A stretch of 64,000 nucleotides of DNA, taken from NCBI GenBank assembly GCA_015660995.1, contig JACTUC010000006.1:14565-78564 (forward strand), given 5' to 3'. The DNA comes from Candidatus Methanomethylicaceae archaeon (GTDB lineage: Archaea > Thermoproteota > Methanomethylicia > Methanomethylicales > Methanomethylicaceae). The position numbers were made by a program, and so were the translations under genes. The notes beneath the pieces were generated by a model, which ran no database searches, was not told the origin of the DNA, and was given only the letters and a program-made list of their open reading frames with translations. Each line of letters starts with the position of its first letter. The first letter of the stretch is position 1. Positions 19,248 to 33,273 of the stretch are shown here, in pieces.

Positions 19248-19734
19248 TACATTACCCCCGAAATTAACTCCGGCAGGAGAACACCTCCTAAAAGGAGTAA
19301 AAAAGGGTTAGTTCCAAGGCAGCGCCGCTGCGTCGCCACAGCGACTATTGTTTAGAGTCCTGAACTGGTGCTCAGTTATGTGTATCTGTTGAAAATACAT
19401 ACAATTCATTATATAAATAATAACAATTTTTTCAAAATAAATTCTAAAAATAAGTTCAATTTATTTCTTATTCTTTTTAAATTGTAATTGTTATGTTAGG
19501 TCTTTCTAGAGCTTGATGGAAAGCATAGTCTATGATTGGTCGCTATTTCTAGTATTATTAAAATATCATATCCCCCATTCTATTTACTGACTAAAAATAA
19601 AAGTAAGAAGGCAACCATATGCATGCTTTGATGTCTTCGCTAGTAGCTGGCTGTGCAATTGCCCATTCCTTTGGACCGTAGTAGAACTAATAAATAACTT
19701 GAAATAAACTAAAAAAAGGAAAAGTTGAAGTGCA

Positions 19735-20193
19735 ATGAGTACTGAGAAAAAAAAGATATTGTTGATTGACGACGACGAGAACATTCTCACTACGCTTAAA
19801 TCATATTTATTGCGAATTGGCTATGCAACAGAGACTGCAAAGAACGGCAAGGAGGCCCTCGAAGTATCCGCGAATCAGTACTTTAATGTATCCATCATCG
19901 ATCTCATCCTGCCCGATATGTTGGGAACCCAATTGCTCGTCAAAATGGACAGTGGTACTCCTAGGATGCGGAAGATCATACTTACCGGTCATGCTACCTT
20001 GGACAACGCCATAGAGGCATTAAACCTTGGCGCCGATGCTTACCTCATGAAGCCAGTGAATCCAAAAGAACTACTTAGGGTTATCGAAGAACAATTAGCT
20101 AAACAACAGGAAGACACAACTGTTACTCAGGAAAAGATGTCCGATTTCGTCAGCACAAAAATAAAACTGCGAGAACAGGAACGCAACGGCTAA
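19735..20193 (+). CDS. Stand-alone response regulator receiver domain
   Basis: ILLIDDD, phospho-acceptor D in IIDLILPDMLG, IILTG, YLMKP. Confidence 0.92.
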   Translation: MSTEKKKILLIDDDENILTTLKSYLLRIGYATETAKNGKEALEVSANQYFNVSIIDLILPDMLGTQLLVKMDSGTPRMRKIILTGHATLDNAIEALNLGADAYLMKPVNPKELLRVIEEQLAKQQEDTTVTQEKMSDFVSTKIKLREQERNG

Positions 20194-20259
20194 AACAGTA
20201 CTCAAAATATTTTATTTTTTACAAAATTAAATATTTAATACTAATTGCCGTTATGAATA

Positions 20260-21486
20260 CTAATTAGTAGTATTTATGTTAGATATTTCTTCTGGCATTT
20301 TGGTATTTCTGAAGTAGAACCAGAACAGTGCGATTGAAATAATATATAATATGCCAGCTAAGAAAAAGGGTGCTGCTAATAATCCCAAACCCATCAGCCA
20401 GCCTCCGACTAATACGCTTGCGGCATTTGGTAATCTCCATAACGCGCCACTGATCCCTGCAGCAGTTCCACGCTCATCCTCCGCCACTAAGCCCATTATC
20501 ATCGAATTCTGTAATGGCGATGCCATATTCATGAGGAAACTCCTTATGGTGTATACAATACTGGCTGAGATATACTCAGGGGAGATGGGTGTGGCGAACA
20601 TGAATATGGTCGAGACTCCTTGGGTCACAACAATGGCTCTCACTAAGCCAATCTTTCTTGCAAGGGGTGGGGCAGCTAAAGTCGCAATCCCAATCACTAT
20701 GTTGGAGATCCCTATAATGGGGACACTTATTGCATCAGTGATGCCATAGCGATAACCGAACCACATGGACATTAATGGAACCACTAGCCCGGCGCCAAAG
20801 GCAATTATCGCATTTGCGAATACGTATTTTATTAGAACATCTCTCGATTTGCTAGGCAATAAATGCCTCAAACCGCCTTCTGTTTTCTTTAAGCTCTTCG
20901 ACTCTGTGATTTTAAGCATTATTGCAGTTGATGCCAGGCTGATCAGAGCCAACATGACATAGAGGAGGACATGCCCTTCCTTACTGGTGAAACCAAAGAT
21001 CTCGAAAATTATCACAAGTGGTACCATAAAACTGCCCACTCCCATAGCTATGCCACTTACGAAACCGAAGAAGGCGAAGGCAACTGTTCTTTTTTCATCC
21101 CCCGCCTTATCTGCAATCAATGCGCTGCCAGATGCAGTAAATGCTGCCTCTGAAATCCCTTCCACCACAGCTGCCAATATCAACAGCAATGGGTTCGTAG
21201 TGAGAACGAACACCGCAATAATTATACTGGCCAGTATATTGCCAATTATCAAGAGTTTTTTCCTGCCGTATTTGTCAGCTGCTATCCCCATGGGGATACT
21301 GGCTAAAACCATGGATATGCCCATTATTGAAATCACTAAACCTGTGAAAAATTCAGACAATCCCTGTACCTGGCTTAGGAAGTAGGATATATCTGTATAG
21401 AACATACCAATAACTAATGACGGGAATATGCTGGCAAAGACAAGATAATTCACTTCCTTTGGCAAACCCCTATATTCTCCAAGCAA
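20260..21486 (-). CDS. MFS transporter
   Basis: GIAADKYGRKK motif A, about 12 TM helices. Confidence 0.9.
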   Translation of the reverse strand: MLGEYRGLPKEVNYLVFASIFPSLVIGMFYTDISYFLSQVQGLSEFFTGLVISIMGISMVLASIPMGIAADKYGRKKLLIIGNILASIIIAVFVLTTNPLLLILAAVVEGISEAAFTASGSALIADKAGDEKRTVAFAFFGFVSGIAMGVGSFMVPLVIIFEIFGFTSKEGHVLLYVMLALISLASTAIMLKITESKSLKKTEGGLRHLLPSKSRDVLIKYVFANAIIAFGAGLVVPLMSMWFGYRYGITDAISVPIIGISNIVIGIATLAAPPLARKIGLVRAIVVTQGVSTIFMFATPISPEYISASIVYTIRSFLMNMASPLQNSMIMGLVAEDERGTAAGISGALWRLPNAASVLVGGWLMGLGLLAAPFFLAGILYIISIALFWFYFRNTKMPEEISNINTTN

Positions 21487-21653
21487 TGCCTATGGCTCCT
21501 TTGAACCCAAACAATATTTCCCTGTATTGAGATTTCTATTTGAGCTAATTGGTGGATTGACCTGATGATATTAGTTGATACGATTCGAATGGGGAGTCAA
21601 TTAACAAGTTCCAGGAGTAATTGCAATTGAAAAATGAAAAAAAGAAAATAGAG

Positions 21654-22259
21654 TTAAATGAAATCCTTGAGTCTTTCGTTCACATAGTCCCAGTTGACAA
21701 TATTCCAGAACGCCTCTACAAACTTTCCCCTAAGGTTCTTGTAATCAAGGTAATACGCGTGCTCCCAAACATCTAGAACCATCAATATGGCGGAAATTGG
21801 CATCACATTGACATTATGCTTCTCAACTTGCATAAGCATTAGCCGGTCTGTATCGGGCGAATATGTTAAGACGGCCCAGCCAGAACCTTCCACACTTGTA
21901 GCGGTTGTAGAGAACAGTTTTTTAAACCTTTCAAGGCTGCCAAAGCTCTTGTCTATTGCATCGGCAAGTACTCCGCCTGGCTTGTCTCCACCTTTCCCCG
22001 GTGGTGCCATATTGTCCCAAAAAATTGAGTGCAGCACGTGTCCGCCTATGTTAAAAGACAACTCTTTGGTGAAAGCCTTTAGATCCAGATCGGTTCCTTC
22101 TTTATTTGCGGCGTCCAGCTTCTTGAATGCGTTATTTGCGTTGTCTACGTAAGTCTGATGATGTTTTGTGTGGTGTATCGTCAACTGTAGTTCTGATATG
22201 TGGGGTGCAAGTTCACCGTATCCATATCGTATTTTTGGAAGCTCATAAAATCCACCCAT
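21654..22259 (-). CDS. sod: Fe/Mn superoxide dismutase
   Basis: [27 protein letters not shown]; ATG at 22259 follows GGAGG. Confidence 0.96.
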   Translation of the reverse strand: MGGFYELPKIRYGYGELAPHISELQLTIHHTKHHQTYVDNANNAFKKLDAANKEGTDLDLKAFTKELSFNIGGHVLHSIFWDNMAPPGKGGDKPGGVLADAIDKSFGSLERFKKLFSTTATSVEGSGWAVLTYSPDTDRLMLMQVEKHNVNVMPISAILMVLDVWEHAYYLDYKNLRGKFVEAFWNIVNWDYVNERLKDFI

Positions 22260-22388
22260 TAATTGTCCCTCCAAGAACTTCTAACCAATATTTATGTTCA
22301 CTTGCAAATAACTTTAATGTCGCAAATCTAATCTTAATCGGTTTGTTTAAAGCTGCAACGGAAGCTGGGTTGACGAAATAGAGTTTAA

Positions 22389-22482
22389 TGGTAGCGGGGG
22401 GTGGATTTGAACCACCGATCTCGGGGTATCTCAGCGCGGAGCATATGAGCCCCGCGGGATAACCTGGCTACCCTACCCCGCT
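22389..22482 (-). tRNA. Initiator tRNA-Met(CAT) with 16-nt intron (22428-22443)
   Basis: AGCGGGG...CCCGCT-A-CCA with A1-U72; G-C run in anticodon stem; BHB at 37/38 (CTCA/TGAG helix); CCA encoded. Confidence 0.95.
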
Positions 22483-22591
22483 ATGATAAGGTCTGGCTGA
22501 CCATTCCTATCTTCTGATGGAAGTTTAGCGACCTTATAAACTTTTACTGAAACAATAAAAAGCCTCATACAACTTTAAACCATATCGTGGC

Positions 22592-22870
22592 GTGACTAAT
22601 CTCTTGATAATACTGCTCTCTGGCGATGGTAAGTTCTTGCTTGAAGGAAAAAGTTTGGACACAGCCCTCGAATCAGGCAGGCAGCTCTTCTCCCTCCTCA
22701 GGGAAGACCGGATTCAAGAGTTCTCCGAAGCTCTAGACGAGCTTCACTCGTTTGTGAAGCAGAAGGGGCAGCCAGTTGAGATCTATCACAATGCCGACAT
22801 AATAGTTCCGCCGGTAAAGTGCGATCCAAGGACCATCCAGTCGATTATGGGGTTTCAAAAAACACCGTAA
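22592..22870 (+). CDS. Hypothetical protein
   Basis: 92 aa ORF with upstream TTTAAA; protein-like composition; no motif recognised. Confidence 0.45.
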   Translation: MTNLLIILLSGDGKFLLEGKSLDTALESGRQLFSLLREDRIQEFSEALDELHSFVKQKGQPVEIYHNADIIVPPVKCDPRTIQSIMGFQKTP

Positions 22871-24162
22871 AAAGTGCCTACGACACCATCCCAAGACCGC
22901 TTCTCCGCCCCATACCTCTTGAATGGTTTGGTAAGGTGTCTCATCGCCCTTGGCGGAGGGAGATAGGCACCGTTTATCAACTTTCTATCGACTTTCTTCA
23001 GAACCGCCAATTCTGTCTTCAAACCGCATTTCTTACACTGATAGCCTTTACCCTTGCCTTCCGACTTCATACTCTTTTTGCAGTTCGGGCAGATCGGATT
23101 CGCCGGCGCTTCTGTTACAATGTTAAGAAGCTCAAGTCTCTCGAGGTTAAATGTCAGCTTACCACTCTCAAGAAGCCTGACTCCGCCGAACGCCCTCACT
23201 TTGTCCCCTAGCAGGAGATCCCTGACAATGTTCCTGAAGCTTCCTGAAGGCTCATAGCCCGCTATATCAATCTCACCCGAACTATCCCTCATTGATGCTA
23301 TTACGTGACTACCTTTGAGAACATATGGCACTCGCGATATTGTTCCCTCAATTATCGCAGCTTGATATGGCTTCAGCTCGGCTATCAATGCCGATCGAAT
23401 GAGATGCGCTCCTGTCCCTTGGTTGCTGCGACAGACCATCCACCTCTCGCCACCAACAAACTTGATCTTGGATAGTGCCTCCATAACCACCGAGGGACTG
23501 TCCCCTCTCACCCCGAAGAGTATCGGGTCAGGGCCATGAGGTGTTATGAGCACCCGATCTTCCTCAACATCAATGTTATTGAAGGTATGCGACGTGGTAT
23601 CCCTATCAAACATAAGCACGCTTTCGTGATCTACTTCCCTCTTTTTTCCCCAAAGGGCACTGCCGCGGTATGCTATCAGCTCGAATGTGTGGTCCCTTTC
23701 GAGGGCGTTGCCTATGGATGCGAGAGCGCCTACCAGGCCCCTGCCTCCTCTTATGAGCTCGTACTTCACGTTTGCCTTCAATGCTACATCCAGTGCTTCA
23801 GCAGGTGTTATGACATCCCATAGCGCCCGACGCCCAAGATCTCTTACGATCTGTGGAACTTGACCCTCAAGAATAGCTATGCCTGGCTGATTCTTACTAT
23901 CCTTCTTGTCCCTATACTCCTCCACTAAATCTGTTGCATTGCCGAGTATTCCCATAGCGTCTGTGTCTGATGTGAATCTGAGGCATATTGCCGCGTTTCC
24001 GCGGGACTTCCAGGGAACATTTGGGTTTAGCCTAATTAGGTTCGGGTAATCGACGAACTTAGAAATCTTAATTAATCTCTCAACAAGCAGGGCACCAATA
24101 TATGTCGTGCAACCTCGCTTCAGAGAGTCCGTATCATCGATGCCGAGATGATACAGCGCCAT
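22855..24162 (-). CDS. tiaS: tRNA(Ile2) agmatidine synthetase
   Basis: GIDDTD..GCTTY, RLNPNVPWKSRGN, PHGPDPILFGVRG, SNQGT, C-terminal Zn ribbon, RHLTKP. Confidence 0.96.
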   Translation of the reverse strand: MALYHLGIDDTDSLKRGCTTYIGALLVERLIKISKFVDYPNLIRLNPNVPWKSRGNAAICLRFTSDTDAMGILGNATDLVEEYRDKKDSKNQPGIAILEGQVPQIVRDLGRRALWDVITPAEALDVALKANVKYELIRGGRGLVGALASIGNALERDHTFELIAYRGSALWGKKREVDHESVLMFDRDTTSHTFNNIDVEEDRVLITPHGPDPILFGVRGDSPSVVMEALSKIKFVGGERWMVCRSNQGTGAHLIRSALIAELKPYQAAIIEGTISRVPYVLKGSHVIASMRDSSGEIDIAGYEPSGSFRNIVRDLLLGDKVRAFGGVRLLESGKLTFNLERLELLNIVTEAPANPICPNCKKSMKSEGKGKGYQCKKCGLKTELAVLKKVDRKLINGAYLPPPRAMRHLTKPFKRYGAEKRSWDGVVGTFYGVF

Positions 24163-24164
24163 CG

Positions 24165-24422
24165 TTACTTCTCTTCTGCCACGATATGACTATCTGCCAC
24201 TAGAAGGGTAGTTGTGCACTGGACTTCATTTATCCTGCGGATCTTCCAGATTAAGTCTTCCTTCAATTTATCTGGTCGATCCTCAATATTTACCTTGACT
24301 ATTATGTCGTGCATGCCATAAAGGGTATGTACTTCGATAATTCCCCTGATCTTGCGCAGTTCCTGGATTACTTTATCCTCTGTGCCAGATTCCGTGTTGA
24401 TGAGCACAAACGCAAGGGGCAT
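24165..24422 (-). CDS. Stand-alone Lrp/AsnC ligand-binding (RAM) domain
   Basis: AFVLIN..EVHTLYGMHDIIVKV..IRRI..TTTL. Confidence 0.88.
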   Translation of the reverse strand: MPLAFVLINTESGTEDKVIQELRKIRGIIEVHTLYGMHDIIVKVNIEDRPDKLKEDLIWKIRRINEVQCTTTLLVADSHIVAEEK

Positions 24423-24484
24423 TATATCACTTCAAGAGAATCAGTAATATATGCGACTTAAGAAGATTGCCTTTGGGAACAAAC

Positions 24485-25036
24485 ATGGCGCAACCAGAGG
24501 AAGAAACGGCTGATACTGTTTCACCCTCGATATATATCTTCCATATGCGCGAGTGCGATCCTAAAAAGTGCACCGCATTAAAGCTCGGAAGGCTTGGATT
24601 AGCCAAGGTGTCATACTCGATAAACCGACTTCCCACCAGCTCCATCCTTCTCTACCCCTTTGCTAAAGAGGTTCTCTCTCCTCAGGACAGGCAGATTGCA
24701 CTTTCGCGGGGAATTTCTGCCATAGATTGCTCATGGAACAAGATAGAGGAACTGCTTCAATTGCGCCGCTTCAATGCACGGCAGCTCCCATTCATGCTTG
24801 CAGGGAACCCAATTAACTATTCAATACCATTCAAGTTAAGCACCTTGGAAGCATTATCCAGCGCGCTCTACATCACCGGCTTTACTAGGGAGGCGCGCTT
24901 TTTACTTTCGAAAGTGAAATGGGGAGAAACTTTCCTCACTCTAAACAGAGAGCCTTTGGATCTCTACTCTTCAGCAAGGGATCTCGAAGAGGTAAAGAGA
25001 CTATCTGACGAGTACCAGAAAGTGTACAATATTTAA
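24485..25036 (+). CDS. tsr3: 16S rRNA aminocarboxypropyltransferase Tsr3
   Basis: ECDPKKCTALKL, IDCSW, RQLPFMLAGNPINY, LSTLEAL, KWGETF. Confidence 0.95.
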   Translation: MAQPEEETADTVSPSIYIFHMRECDPKKCTALKLGRLGLAKVSYSINRLPTSSILLYPFAKEVLSPQDRQIALSRGISAIDCSWNKIEELLQLRRFNARQLPFMLAGNPINYSIPFKLSTLEALSSALYITGFTREARFLLSKVKWGETFLTLNREPLDLYSSARDLEEVKRLSDEYQKVYNI

Positions 25037-25048
25037 GGCAGAAATAAA

Positions 25049-25350
25049 GGGCGTGTTGGCCATAACCCACCTTCTGTTTTAAGCAGCATTCGACTATGCG
25101 GGCTACCCAGGCTTCCTGTAGGCGTCATAAGCCTCTATTTGCCCTTTCTCCCCGCGGTTTGGCCGTTTCAACGCAACCAGTGGCATCCTCGGCGAGAAGC
25201 ACTCGCCCCATCGACGCACGCCACTGGACGTCCCGTTTCTGTTCCAAGAGCAGGGGTCTCCCCCTGCGCCTCGCGGCGCCGCAGCCCTACATGGAGGGTG
25301 GAGTTTCCTCAGACCTCGAAGAGGCCCGTAAGCTGCTCACCAACTCGCCC
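25049..25350 (-). ncRNA. rnpB: RNase P RNA (type A)
   Basis: GAGGAAACTCC, AACAGAAAC, TGAAACGGC, AACAGAAGGTGGGTTA; P1 pairing of the ends; P8 and P9 hairpins present. Confidence 0.93.
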
Positions 25351-25415
25351 AATAGATTGGGCTCACGCTGTAAGATAAACCTGATTCTTTTTCTTTCTTG
25401 ATGATCTCTCTGTGG

Positions 25416-25970
25416 CTATGCAACCAGCAATAGTGCATAGAACGTGGGTTTCTCGCTCTCGGTCCTTACGACTTTTATCTTGAAACCTGCATTGCGCACT
25501 GTTGCGAACACGTCTACACCGCAGCCTTCCATCGAGGGTCTGGCCTCGTAGGGGTGCCTGCACCTCTCCAGATTGCATTCGTCCTCGCAGAATGGGCAAG
25601 GCCCAGCCACCATCCCAAAAGCCGCATAATAACCTTTAAGAAATGCCTCCCTCTCGACCTTCACTACGAGGTCAGGGACGCTCTTCTCATATTTCTCGGC
25701 ATCTTCAGCATTTCCAGCAGGCGCTCCTTCGAACTTCATGAAAAGTGCCCATTCATATTCCTTAAGAATCCGCCTAGTTTCTTCTGGTGTAGGGCTGTAA
25801 GGTGGGCAGGTGAGCCTCTGACCGTAGCCGCCGCAGCCATACTGGCATTTCCATCTGACCCAATTCCTCACTACAACATCCTCCGGCTTGATTATCTTGG
25901 CATCGGTGGCGCCCAGTTTCTTTGCAATATTTACTAACTCGCCCAGACTTTCTTTAGTCACAGAAACCAT
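25416..25970 (-). CDS. DUF2284 family Cys-rich metal-binding protein
   Basis: KCQYGC..TCPP, GPCPFC..C..C, ARPSMEGCGVDV. Confidence 0.88.
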   Translation of the reverse strand: MVSVTKESLGELVNIAKKLGATDAKIIKPEDVVVRNWVRWKCQYGCGGYGQRLTCPPYSPTPEETRRILKEYEWALFMKFEGAPAGNAEDAEKYEKSVPDLVVKVEREAFLKGYYAAFGMVAGPCPFCEDECNLERCRHPYEARPSMEGCGVDVFATVRNAGFKIKVVRTESEKPTFYALLLVA

Positions 25971-26152
25971 ATTATTAATCCCCACAATCCAGTGTAATTC
26001 ATCTTGACCTATTTATCTTTCTTAGGAGCCATCGAATCGAGTTGCCATAATCCAAAAATGGACGACTGGCTTACGCTGAACATGGATAATCTCAATAAAT
26101 ATTATCGCACATGCATGGTTCCAGCTTTCACGGTTTCACCCAGGCTTAGAAG

Positions 26153-29221
<3,069 letters not shown>

Positions 29222-29348
29222 TACTTCTAAACCTAGTCTGGTGCCGGAAACACTGGAACCAATGCACGGCGGTAATCGCAAGGCAATCGTCACCCTGCTG
29301 CGCCCTTCGCTGGCAGAGTTTCCTCCCCAGCTGCATCTGCTGATTTTT

Positions 29349-30957
<1,609 letters not shown>

Positions 30958-31372
30958 TGTAAGACCTGAAGCTGACCCGGCGGCGTTAGCGCCGGCGTTA
31001 TTCAAGTCCCCATGATTATTACCGCGGCCGGAGAGCGATCGATCACCCCTCGGGCTAGGGCCCGTCTGGTCACGATCAGCGCCGCCGATAGGCCGCGGCT
31101 AGCGTTAATAGCACAGTTCGTGCACCCCCTAACTTGACAAGCCTAAATATATCTGTTATGCCTTGAACTCTTTATGAAAGACTGACGACATTCAGTGAAC
31201 TGTTCTACACGCCAGAATAAAGTAATGGGGGTCAGTGGCATCTGGATTGCTGGTCCACCATAAACTTTACCATCAGCGCCTGATTTTTATAATATCCCAC
31301 TCGACTTTTTCTGAAAATAGTATAATATACTCCCTGTTGGGCATACTTTATCTCTAGAAGGTATAGAATAAA

Positions 31373-31705
31373 ATGTCTCAGGAACTTAAGGTTCAGAAAG
31401 GCAACATTGTGGGCGTCCATTACATCGGCAAATTCCAGGGTGGCAAGATATTTGACACCTCCATGAGGAAGGTGGCGGAAAATGCCGGCATGTTCAACCC
31501 GTCAAGGGACTACAAGCCGCTCCAAGTCCAAGCGGGAGCAGGCCAGGTAATAAAAGGGTTCGACGACGCCCTTATCGGCATGAAGGTAAACGAGGAGAAG
31601 ACGGTCGCCATTCCGCCAGCTTTAGCGTACGGCGAGAAGGGAAAACATCCCCTTGCTGGTAAAACCCTCATATTTACTTTAAGGATCGTCACAATAAAAC
31701 GCTAA
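31373..31705 (+). CDS. FKBP-type peptidyl-prolyl isomerase (short form)
   Basis: VHYIG..IFDTS, GQVIKGFD, PPALAYG, HPLAGKTLIF. Confidence 0.9.
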   Translation: MSQELKVQKGNIVGVHYIGKFQGGKIFDTSMRKVAENAGMFNPSRDYKPLQVQAGAGQVIKGFDDALIGMKVNEEKTVAIPPALAYGEKGKHPLAGKTLIFTLRIVTIKR

Positions 31706-31722
31706 CTCGAAATATAAGGCTG

Positions 31723-32670
31723 CTAGTAGCACACCTTTTGATCCTTACCCTTCGTTAGGTAAGCATATGCCGATAGAATTGCAGTTGCGCCCTGCCCAGC
31801 GGCAATTATGGCCTGGGCATATGGAAAGTCTGTTATGTCTCCAGCTGCGAACATCCCCTCACAGCTGGTGCGGCAGGCTTTGTCAACAACTATCCTGCCC
31901 AGCTCATTGGTCTTCACTAAGCCCTTTACGTAATCTAGCTTTATATCTCTGCCAATATCGATGAAGGTCATTTCCACATCCAGCTCCTTACATTCGCCAG
32001 TGCACAGATTTTTCGCTGCGATCTTCTCCAGCCTCTTCCTCCCCTTCATCTCCTCCACCACCGTGTTAAGGAGAAACTCAACATTGGGGCAGCTCCTAAC
32101 CTTCTCCACCGTCACCTCATCGGACCTGAACTGGTCCCTCCTGTGTATCAAATAGACCTTCGCGGCTGTTTTGGATAGTACTTCTGCCCTCTGCAGGGCA
32201 GTATTTCCCCCGCCCACTATTGCCACGTTCTTGCCGATGGTCAGATCTAGGTTGCAAGTTAGGGATGTGCTTACTCCCTTACCTATTAACTCCTCTTCGC
32301 CTGGCACATTCAGCCTCCTGGGCATCCTGCCTCCCGTAACTATTACCGATCTGCTCATGAAGTCTCCAGCAGAGCTGTGCACCGTGAAAAGGCCGCTTTC
32401 CTTCTCGATCCTCTTCACCTCGCCAATGATTATCTCAGTGCCGTATTTTCTCGCCTGCTTCTCGAAGATTATCGCCAGCCCCGGGCCGCTCTTCTCGGTA
32501 TAACCAAGGTAGTTTTCAATGTTCTCGGTTAGAACCACCTGTCCCCCTATGTCCATGGTCAGTACCAACGTCTTCAGTAGCCTACGCCTGGCATAGATTG
32601 CCGCGGTCAGGCCAGCAGGACCCGCTCCGACAATGATTACATCATAGGTGTCTTCTGTCATTCCTCGCAT
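31723..32670 (-). CDS. Thioredoxin reductase-like flavoprotein with degenerate redox motif
   Basis: GAGPAGLTAA, GGGNTA, HRRDQFR, FAAGD; CxxC replaced by SLTC. Confidence 0.8.
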   Translation of the reverse strand: MRGMTEDTYDVIIVGAGPAGLTAAIYARRRLLKTLVLTMDIGGQVVLTENIENYLGYTEKSGPGLAIIFEKQARKYGTEIIIGEVKRIEKESGLFTVHSSAGDFMSRSVIVTGGRMPRRLNVPGEEELIGKGVSTSLTCNLDLTIGKNVAIVGGGNTALQRAEVLSKTAAKVYLIHRRDQFRSDEVTVEKVRSCPNVEFLLNTVVEEMKGRKRLEKIAAKNLCTGECKELDVEMTFIDIGRDIKLDYVKGLVKTNELGRIVVDKACRTSCEGMFAAGDITDFPYAQAIIAAGQGATAILSAYAYLTKGKDQKVCY

Positions 32671-32673
32671 AGG

Positions 32674-33267
32674 TTATGTCCTCTTGATAACTCTCGGTCC
32701 GAGTGGTAGGGTGTTTGACCCCATCACCGAGTTTGTCACGATAGCGAAGCTAGTGTAGGCTGCGAACCCCGCAGTTAGAAAGCCAAGGTATCCACCTACT
32801 TGAGTCAGGCTGGAGTTACCTGCGAGATCGCCCCCCCCCAAGGAGAAGAAGGTCAGCCAGAGGAAGAAGAACGTCATTGTCAGCGTAAGGTTCATGTTAA
32901 GTGTGGGTATCCACATGTATAGGCTGAACACTCCCCACAGTATTAATGCCATGCCCACGGCACTAGCTGGGGGGTTGATTATACCCGCGAACTTCAGGAA
33001 GACCAGCATGGCATAGAAGATCCAAAAGGCGCCATAGCTTGTGAAGGCTGTAAAGCCAAAGGTATTGCCCTTTCTCATCTCGAAGGCGCCCGTTATCAGT
33101 TGAGTAATTCCACCGTAGGTGAAGGCTAGGGGCATGACCACTGCTACCGTAGATGCTGGGAGGAGACCTGCGTTGGCGAAGCTTAAGAGGAATGTTGTTA
33201 TAGCGAACGCTGATAGGCCGAGAGGCGCAGGATCCCCAAGCATTGCCTTTTCTGAAGTGTTGCTCAT
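32674..33267 (-). CDS. satP: Acetate uptake transporter (SatP/GPR1/FUN34/YaaH family)
   Basis: DPAPLGLSAF, GNTFGFTAFTSYGAFW; 6 TM helices. Confidence 0.93.
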   Translation of the reverse strand: MSNTSEKAMLGDPAPLGLSAFAITTFLLSFANAGLLPASTVAVVMPLAFTYGGITQLITGAFEMRKGNTFGFTAFTSYGAFWIFYAMLVFLKFAGIINPPASAVGMALILWGVFSLYMWIPTLNMNLTLTMTFFFLWLTFFSLGGGDLAGNSSLTQVGGYLGFLTAGFAAYTSFAIVTNSVMGSNTLPLGPRVIKRT

Positions 33268-33273
33268 TGCTCA

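Noticed and set aside
19351-19360. GGACTCTAAA (minus strand) resembling the tRNA-Pyl anticodon arm
   Set aside because: No 3' anticodon strand, T arm or acceptor stem; chance match
25096-25401. ORFs of 79-101 aa
   Set aside because: They lie antisense over the RNase P RNA
32240-32290. Selenocysteine explaining the missing Cys in the TrxB-like protein
   Set aside because: The codon is TCC (Ser) and there is no in-frame TGA
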